A stretch of DNA of 64,000 bases from Chrysemys picta bellii. Its lineage: Eukaryota. The notes below the pieces were generated by a model. It did not search any database. It worked only from the letters and a program-made list of their open reading frames with translations, and had not been told where the DNA came from. The position numbers and the translations under genes are program-made. Each line of letters opens with the position of its first letter. Position 1 is the first letter of the stretch. Positions 63,824 to 64,000 of the stretch are shown here, piece by piece. The DNA lies in contig NC_088797.1 of NCBI RefSeq assembly GCF_011386835.1, forward strand, positions 26,412,001 through 26,476,000. Direction: 5' to 3'.

Positions 63824-64000
63824 CCAAATAAATTTGTTAGTCTCTAAGGTGCCACAAGTACTCCTCGTTGTTTTTACCTGTCTTCAGTGGCTTGAACAGC
63901 CGCCATTGGATAAATAATGAACGAGTGATTGGAGCAGGGGGACTGGACCCTGGGTATCCCAGGTCAGCACCCTAACCACTGGACTACAGAGTCAGGCATG

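Larger units (their letters stand above)
63146..63874. mobile_element. Fold-back PLE fragment (inverted arms) inserted into the Tigger
   Basis: 12-bp TSD TACCTGTCTTCA at 63134-63145 and 63875-63886; arms meet at an 8-nt spacer 63675-63682; both arms contain the PLE end seen at 21.8 and 24.5 kb. Confidence 0.88.
61526..63930 (+). mobile_element. Tigger/pogo (Tc1-mariner superfamily) transposon relic with decayed transposase
   Basis: TA|CAGTAGAACC left TIR; CENP-B HTH (DKGMHLWFAQQRSKG.PIKG..VTEKAK, KASTGWL..FK..HG); DDE_1 region (KSSEDRVT...ANASG...PLVFI.KSAKPRCF, VLLMDNAPSHP); C-terminal EECFATCLQWLEQ split by a PLE. Multiple stops and frameshifts; right TIR not seen. Confidence 0.9.

Overview
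Vertebrate genomic DNA, almost certainly an amniote and most likely a turtle. This is inferred from three copies of the tortoise-type tRNA-derived SINE with a CR1-like 3' end, a PsCR1-like LINE, an AmnSINE1 and many hAT and Harbinger MITEs. It reads as intronic or intergenic sequence dense in transposon relics. I found no prokaryotic genes, CRISPR array, or intact tRNA/rRNA gene. No host gene could be identified: several splice-site-bounded candidate exons exist on both strands, but I do not recognise their peptides, so they carry low confidence. Most listed ORFs are chance frames or transposon fragments (CR1 RT, RTE RT/zinc finger, Tigger/pogo transposase, L1 ORF1p). The most interesting signal is three short Penelope-like (PLE) insertions with 12-15 bp target-site duplications. 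They carry minimal type I hammerhead ribozyme motifs with a palindromic AGCU helix III, and two of the insertions are fold-back hairpins. Also notable are a triple-nested insertion, a frame-preserving L1 ORF1p relic and an inverted duplication around a (TA)n tract. All coordinates were read by eye; no database searches were run.
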